DNA of 30,837 nucleotides from Candidatus Eiseniibacteriota bacterium (GTDB lineage Bacteria; Eisenbacteria; RBG-16-71-46; JABDJR01; JAWXBZ01): NCBI GenBank assembly GCA_034440375.1, contig JAWXBZ010000023.1, positions 1 to 30,837 of the forward strand, read 5' to 3'. Shown piece by piece: positions 24,916 to 30,837 of this stretch (position 1 is its first letter; each line of letters starts with the position of its first letter). The notes under the pieces were generated by a model. It saw only the letters and a program-made list of their open reading frames with translations, ran no database searches and was not told where the DNA came from. The position numbers and the translations under genes were made by a program.

Positions 24916-27173
24916 GACTTCTTCCTCATTACAGCCACCACGGTCCGATCGTTACCCTCGTCCGCGGAACCGCCGCTCACGGTGCGCGCCTCCTCGAGAT
25001 CGACGAGGAAGTCGTCGCACACCTGCTGCAGCAGGCCGTTGCGGCCGCCCGACCCGATCAGCGCCCCCCGGGCCCGCTCGGCCAGGATCGCCAGTTCTTC
25101 CAGAACCCCGTCGAGCGGCGCGGACAGTCGAGCGGGATCCCACTCGTCCAGCCGGTCGCAGATGCTGAACCCGGGGCGATTGCTCCCCATGCGCAGCGCG
25201 AGGACCAGCGCATCCTGCCAGAGGGATGGCGGCGTGGCGGCGGGTGCCAGCGCCCGATCGGCGGCACGATAAAGCACCTGGTCCGCCCCGGCCTGGATCG
25301 ACTCGCCGGCCACCGCGCGGGCCAACCGCGTGCGGTACTGCCGATCGGCATCCACGGGCGCCCGGTTCTCCGGGCGGTCGTCTCCGGCCACCTGCGCGGC
25401 GAGCCGTTCGAGCGCCGACCGGTCCAGCGCGGCCACATCCTGCTGGTCGTTCGCCAGGAGGAATCGAAAGAGCAGGATGCCGAGGCTCACCACGTCCACC
25501 GGCGCCGAGAAGACGGCATGGATCCCGACCTCCGCGGCCCCTGCCCTAAGGCCTTCGAGCGATTTCGCGACGGCGTCCGGGAGTGGTGCGCTCTTCCCCT
25601 CGAAGCTGAAGCCGCCCGGGATCGATTCGAGGCGCCGACCGGCGAGGAGCAGTCGTCCCCCGTCCACCGCCGACGATTCGATCGACAGGCGGACCAGGTC
25701 GTGGCGCCCGCCATCCCCGTCGGCATGACTGTCGGAAACGAGGTCGGCGCGGAGCGCGAGCACGGTCCCCGCCGCGGTTTTCTCCAGCGTCACGCCCTTC
25801 GGCGTCATCCGCATGAACAGCGTGGATGACGGGATCCGCTGCATTGCCTCCGGCAGGTAGGCCTCGGCCAGCGGGAACGGGAGGGAGTGAACCACCGGTT
25901 CCGACCCGAGGCGTTCGGCCTCGATCGATTCGAGCGGCGCCGTCGTGATGAGGTCGGCCAGGTCCAGCGTCAACCGCCAGCGGGCCGGCAAGGGTGCCCC
26001 GTCGGCCGGCGACAACTGCCCGCTGATCCGCTCCGGTGACAGGTTCAGGTACGGGCGCCCCGCGTTGGCATGCAGCGATCGGACGCCACGCACCAGCCCG
26101 CCGAATGCCGCCAGCTTGAGATAGAAGACTTCGAGCGACAACAGGCCGGTGGCATCCCCCGCGAAGAGAAACTGTTCCCGCTCGGCCAGGAGGCCGGCCA
26201 GCGTGGCCCAGTGCTGCGGCCCGGCCAGGCCGGCGGCCGATTCCACCATGGCATCGCCGAAGTCGTCCGCCGTCGCGCCGCCGATCAGCGCCGCCGCTTC
26301 GGCGAATCCAAACGGGCGAGCCGAAACCGGGATGAACGGCGTGTCGTGGTAGAAGAGCGGCACGAGGAGATCCTCGGCTGGCACCCGATCCACGACCTGC
26401 CGCCCCGGCGGATAGCAGCTCTCCCGATGCACGCAGCTGAAACAGGGATGAGGCGATGCCGGCGCGCTGGTTCCGGTCGTGATGCGGGGTGCCATGTCGC
26501 GATACAGCTCGGAGCGACGTCGAATCCGGACGCCGGGCGCCACCGTGTCGGGAGGCCGGAGCGAAAAGGTGTAAAAGACCGGCGTACCTCCCAAACCGGC
26601 ACAGCAGGCGCAGTAGAGGAACCGATGCAGCGTCTCCGCCCAACCCGGCAGGCCGGCCGCCCGCAGGCGCGCCTCGTCGCGGCAGACGACCAGGGGGCCA
26701 AAGCACTCGGGACAGACCGGCTCGAAGTAGTCGCCGGTCTTCGTGCAGAAGGTGACCGGTGCATGGCGCGGCATCCGGCCGGCATCGGGGAGCAGTCGGC
26801 GTTCGAGTTCGACCACACCGTCGTCACCGGTCAGCTCCCAGGAGCGGAAGGCCTCCTGCCAGACTGCCTCGATCTGCCGATTGTTGGCGCCGGGCGCTGC
26901 GGAAGCGGACTTTGCCCCGGGGTATTCGTCGGGCAGGACCAGGATCGTGACGTACGGCAGCAGCAACTGGTCGCCGACGGCTCCCCCCATGAGAAAGGAG
27001 CGATACGGCAACGAGCCGGACGCATTCCCGATGAAGGGCATGCCATGGTCGGCACGGCCCGCCTCCTCGGCTCGCCGATAGGGACGCAGCCGGATGCCCG
27101 GCCCCGGAATGCCGATGAACCGCGCCTCACCGGCCGGAACCGTCAAGGCGTCACCTGTTGGATCGTGTTGCAT
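24912..27173 (-). CDS. Cys-rich (putative Zn-binding) protein with degenerate kinase-like motifs; first gene of the T6SS operon (start 27173 or 27203)
   Basis: FCTKT..EPVCPECFGPLVVC, LYCACC, HPCFSCVHRESC; LHANAGRPYLNLSPERI and SAPVDVVSLGILLFRFLL echo the kinase catalytic loop and helix F; stop overlaps the next start. Confidence 0.6.
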   Translation of the reverse strand: MQHDPTGDALTVPAGEARFIGIPGPGIRLRPYRRAEEAGRADHGMPFIGNASGSLPYRSFLMGGAVGDQLLLPYVTILVLPDEYPGAKSASAAPGANNRQIEAVWQEAFRSWELTGDDGVVELERRLLPDAGRMPRHAPVTFCTKTGDYFEPVCPECFGPLVVCRDEARLRAAGLPGWAETLHRFLYCACCAGLGGTPVFYTFSLRPPDTVAPGVRIRRRSELYRDMAPRITTGTSAPASPHPCFSCVHRESCYPPGRQVVDRVPAEDLLVPLFYHDTPFIPVSARPFGFAEAAALIGGATADDFGDAMVESAAGLAGPQHWATLAGLLAEREQFLFAGDATGLLSLEVFYLKLAAFGGLVRGVRSLHANAGRPYLNLSPERISGQLSPADGAPLPARWRLTLDLADLITTAPLESIEAERLGSEPVVHSLPFPLAEAYLPEAMQRIPSSTLFMRMTPKGVTLEKTAAGTVLALRADLVSDSHADGDGGRHDLVRLSIESSAVDGGRLLLAGRRLESIPGGFSFEGKSAPLPDAVAKSLEGLRAGAAEVGIHAVFSAPVDVVSLGILLFRFLLANDQQDVAALDRSALERLAAQVAGDDRPENRAPVDADRQYRTRLARAVAGESIQAGADQVLYRAADRALAPAATPPSLWQDALVLALRMGSNRPGFSICDRLDEWDPARLSAPLDGVLEELAILAERARGALIGSGGRNGLLQQVCDDFLVDLEEARTVSGGSADEGNDRTVVAVMRKKS

Positions 27174-27291
27174 CAGCCTCGGCGACGTCGTCTCCGTCGG
27201 CACGGGATGCCGATCGGACTGGAGTAAGGCCGCGGGGACCGACGCTTGGGGCCGGCGCCCTAAAGGAAAGTCCTGTCTGGACTTCGACGGG

Positions 27292-27320
27292 ATTGCACCA
27301 CGTTCGACGGCAAGCGTCAA
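27292..27320 (-). promoter_or_regulatory. Putative sigma70 promoter of the tssJKLM operon
   Basis: TTGACG (27320-27315)-17 nt-TGCAAT with an extended TGn; flanked by direct repeat TTCGACGG (27283-27290, 27303-27310). Confidence 0.45.
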
Positions 27321-27344
27321 TGGCCGAATGGGCCCTGCGCAGCG

Positions 27345-29757
27345 CTACCGGCCGGTCGTCACGATTTTTAACGAGGCCCGGTACTCCGCCACGCGAGCCT
27401 CCATAAAGTAGACACCGACGGCCGGTCGATGTCCGCTGTCATCGCGACCGTCCCAGGAAAGGCTGTTCATCCCGGCCTGTACGGCCACACCGGTCATCGA
27501 GCGAACGATGGACCCCTGCACATCGAACACGCGCACGTCGGCCGCTCCCGACACTGGTGACGTCAGCTCGATCTGAACCGGAGCATCCCCCCCACCCGAC
27601 GCCACCAGCCGCAATTCCAACAAGGCCGGCCGGGGAAGCACCCGGGTTGACACCGGCTCCGACACCCGCGAACGGCGATTGGCAAGAATCAGATCCACCT
27701 GGTAGTCATACTCGAGCCCATCCGATACGGATGTATCCGTGAAGGCGTACCGCTCCGCCCGAAAGTCGGACGCCCGGGCGATCGTCGCCACCGAATCAAA
27801 GGCGGCCCCACCCGCAGGCCGCCTGCGAACGACACAATGCGACATGACTTCCGGCTCCACGACCCGCCACGACAGTTCCACCCGCCCCACGGCCGGCTCC
27901 GCGACCAGATCCAGCACCCCCGCCCCCGTCGGCACGTCCACTCCCCGCACATGAATGTCGTGCTGATTCTTGTCCCCAAGCCACTCCGGCGTCGTGAACG
28001 TCCAGGCCCCGATGACTCCTTCCTCCGTTCCCACCAACCCCATGCGATCGCCGAGTCGGTTGCTTTCGTAGGGGCGCGTGATTACCGCCTGCGTTTCACT
28101 CAGGCGCCGCGACGGCAGAAACGTCGCCCCGCCGTCGGTCGAGGTGGCGAAGTAGACGTGATAGTTGATCCCGTACTCCGGGTCATCCCGCCGGTCGTAC
28201 CAGGAGACGTGAACCCGCCCGAGACCATCGACCGCCACTTCCGGAAGGTAGTTTTCGAACCCGATCGGGTCATCATTCACCAACCGCTTCTCCGACCAGC
28301 TCCTTCCCCCGTCGGAGGACACCACCATCACCAGGTCCCGGTGATCGCGCGCCACGCTCGTCGGCGAGGGCACCAGCCGCTGGAGATAGCCGCGGTAGCT
28401 GATATTGTGCCGATCGCCGGAGGACATGCTCGTGAAGTATCGGCCGTCCTTCGGCAACGTGAGGAGCAGCGGTGGATTCCTCCGACCACCCTGGTCATAG
28501 GCACCGCAGCCGACGATCCCCAGGTAATCCCCGGGAACAAGTCCCCCGTAGCCCAGGAGAAGGCTCGTGCCACAGTAGGAGTAGGGAGAATAGGGCGACA
28601 CCCCGGTTATCTCTCCGGTCATCTGGATGTTGTCACCACTCCGACCTTCGAAATAAAAATTATCGGAATCATCGGAGATGTCGGGAGATATCGCGTTACC
28701 CGAAAAGGACTGACCATAGGCGACGCGCGTTGCCGATGCCTGGTTCTCATTCGGCTCCCGCTCGGTCACCCCTCCGATGATCGGCTCGAGCGTCCCGACG
28801 ACACCCTCCGGCCACACCGCATACATCCATCCGCGGCGCGGACCATCGCTCCTGTCCACGGCCAGCGACGGAAACGCCAGTGCCAGATCGCCATTGCAGT
28901 AAAGACAGCGAGAAATTGGCATTGATGTCGGCCAAAACGATAGTTTCGCCAAACGTCCGACCCCGATCCTCCGAGCGCCGACCCACGATCTGCCGCCCCT
29001 CCATGTCATGCCAGACGACGAACACGACTCCATCGTCACAGACAACGACCCGCGCCCCCTCGCCCGCCGGGCCGCTCAGCGATTGGGGATTGGTCCAAGC
29101 TCCATCGATCTTGCTCGTGATCACGATCCGGGCTGTAGTGACCGACGATCCGCGGACCCTCTCACCACGAGTATGGATTATGTGAACGTCGTTGCTAGAC
29201 ACATCAACCGCCATTGCCGGCCACTCAGGGAAACGCATGGTATCAGTCACGCCGCCCACAAAAGGCATCGAGAACTCGGGGCCTGACCATCTGAACGCAC
29301 TGTCAGTTGGAGTGGCATGGTACAAGGCGGTGACGGCTATAGGTCGCCTGACATAGGGAACCGCAGCAATAAATCCCCCCCTCCCGTCGCTGACGACCGA
29401 GGGTGATCCTCGTACGTAATCTTCCCCAACAACTTCACTTTCACTCTCAAACAGGGCGGGTTCACTCCACGTTCTGCCCCCATCGCCGGACACGACCCAT
29501 GCGGACTGTTTAAACCCGCTTTGAAGCTCCGAGACCGCTATGATTGCATCTTTGCCAAGCGCAATCTGTGGACTAGAGTCCAGCATCTGGTGACCCTGAT
29601 AATATGGTGGTGTTGGCTTGCTGATTGCGATCTCACTGTACGCCTCGACAAGCGGTGCGGATTGGCAAATTTCTTCACTTGTCGTGGAAGTTGCCAGGGT
29701 CAGCACAACCTGGACTACCGATCGCACGCGGGATCGTTTTCCAACGCGAGCAGTCAC
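27345..29757 (-). pseudogene. Frameshifted secreted BNR/Asp-box (sialidase-like) protein with FlgD/T9SS-like C-terminal domain
   Basis: ORF 29757-> has Asp-boxes SGDGGRTWS and SEDRGRTFG up to ..LADINANF. The sensible sequence continues in another frame (FPSLAVDRSDGPRRGWMYAVW, SSDGGRSWS, STDGGATF, VRVFDVQG..WDGRDDSG..GVYF). Shift near 28900-28920. Confidence 0.75.
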
Positions 29758-30131
29758 TCCACTCCCCCTGGATCACCACCTGCCGTGATGAGAAGCCCTC
29801 CGCCCAGTCCGACCAAAAGGTCTGACAAGTTGGCGTAGTCCGATAGAACGACGAGGGAGATGGTGCCTGTCCGGCCCGATGAAAAGACACTGGCCGGAAG
29901 GTAGAGTCGAACGTAGTCGCCGAGACCATTCTCATGATCCATCGGCGTGATTTCCCAGTACGAGACGACCGGCAGCGTTGACACATCGACGACGTCGCCC
30001 GTCAGGGTCCCGGACAAAAAGACCGTAAATGTGGTGGCCCTGTCCGTCGGAAGCTTGTCGACCAGGAACTCAATGAACGAGTCGTCCAACGTTGCAGTGG
30101 CAGGCTGGCTTTCTGCCATGGAGAGGGTCAT
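29754..30131 (-). CDS. Hypothetical protein (~125 aa)
   Basis: Protein-like composition from MTLSMAESQ (ATG 30131); stop overlaps the next GTG start; no family recognised. Confidence 0.45.
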   Translation of the reverse strand: MTLSMAESQPATATLDDSFIEFLVDKLPTDRATTFTVFLSGTLTGDVVDVSTLPVVSYWEITPMDHENGLGDYVRLYLPASVFSSGRTGTISLVVLSDYANLSDLLVGLGGGLLITAGGDPGGVE

Positions 30132-30261
30132 GGCTACGCCCTGTTGACCATCCCTTGTCACAACTGCTCTGACGGCTGATACAGGATGATCTCGCGGGCC
30201 TCCGTCGTGACGGAGCCGGTGAGCGAGGCCAACGCGATCGCGACTAGGATTCGGTGGCTGG

Positions 30262-30837
30262 TCATCGTTTGGACCCACTTTCCAACAGAATGAGCCGGGT
30301 TGCCTGCGACTCCGTCCGTCCGTTCCAGAGTCTGGCAAAGTAAATCCCCTTTGCCAGCTGAGCGCCTCGCGAATCGAGCGGGCTCCATCGGACCAGCTCA
30401 GAGCCGTAGCGATTTCCCGCCAGGGGAATCGTCGTTCGTCTTCGACCAATGACATCGTAGATCCTTATCTCACGCCAGACTTGCGAATCCGGCGCTACTT
30501 CGAATTCGGCGACCGACCTCACGATGTTTCCGGAACGAAGAATAAGCGGGGCTCCGTCCTGATGCGCGACTTCCGTCCTGATTTCACGGCCGCCGGAGGT
30601 CCGGTTGCGGATCAGGGCGATGGTGCTCTTGATCGACCCCATAGTCAACGAAAAGCCGGGTTGCCCCATTTTGAGGCCGGCCCGGACCGATGCCACCGGC
30701 GTTCGTGCGACTCACTGGCCGAAAGTCGCATCCCCGGGGTAGACTCGCGACCTATGGCACGTCACACTGAGCCCATCGGGGGTAGTCCCGACAACGTTAC
30801 CCGTCCGGTCTCCGCCCGCCCGGCCCCCCGGCCCGCC
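30262..30837 (-). pseudogene. 3' portion of a secreted protein gene with FlgD/T9SS-like C-terminal domain, interrupted by an in-frame TGA
   Basis: IRIYDVIGRR...VRWSPLDSRGAQLAKGIYFARL at the C-terminus; the same frame is open from the window edge except for TGA at 30712-30714. Confidence 0.5.

Noticed and set aside
24016-27320. Assigning either leading gene as tssA, or using the TTG start at 27320
   Set aside because: No ImpA_N motif recognised; the TTG coincides with the putative -35 box.
30132-30455. N-terminal half of ORF 29754..30455
   Set aside because: Overlaps the C-terminal-domain gene in another frame and reads as non-protein-like.
1-30837. CRISPR arrays, tRNA/rRNA genes, transposases or integrases
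   Set aside because: None seen; all repeats found are coding (Pro-rich tail, Ig domains, beta-helix strands).

Overview
GC-rich bacterial window dominated by a divergent, proteobacterial-type (T6SS-i-like) type VI secretion locus in several transcription units. (1) Leftward operon ~27173->15568: Cys-rich pseudokinase-like protein, FHA-less TagH-C-like protein, tssJ-like, tssK, tssL, tssM, tagF and a single fused tssB-tssC sheath gene. (2) Rightward hcp plus a CxxCxxCC (YkgJ/FliB-like) gene. (3) Leftward vgrG, three spike-like genes and a DUF2169 gene running off the left edge. (4) A divergent membrane Ser/Thr kinase. Nested inside is a surface cassette: an outer-membrane beta-barrel, an 11-repeat Ig-like lipoprotein ending in a CX4CH cytochrome c-like domain, and a small Cys-rich lipoprotein. 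The right ~3.5 kb holds lower-GC, apparently decaying secreted-protein genes with FlgD/T9SS-like C-terminal domains, hinting at an FCB-group host (inference). Most striking: VgrG has a long N-terminal Pro-rich tail and stops before its gp5 beta-helix. It is followed by three separately translated gp5-like genes whose needle segments are almost equal in length (246, 249, 249 aa), suggesting a split spike with a heterotrimeric needle. tssA, tssE/F/G, clpV and PAAR were not seen in the window. All family calls are by motif recognition, not database search.
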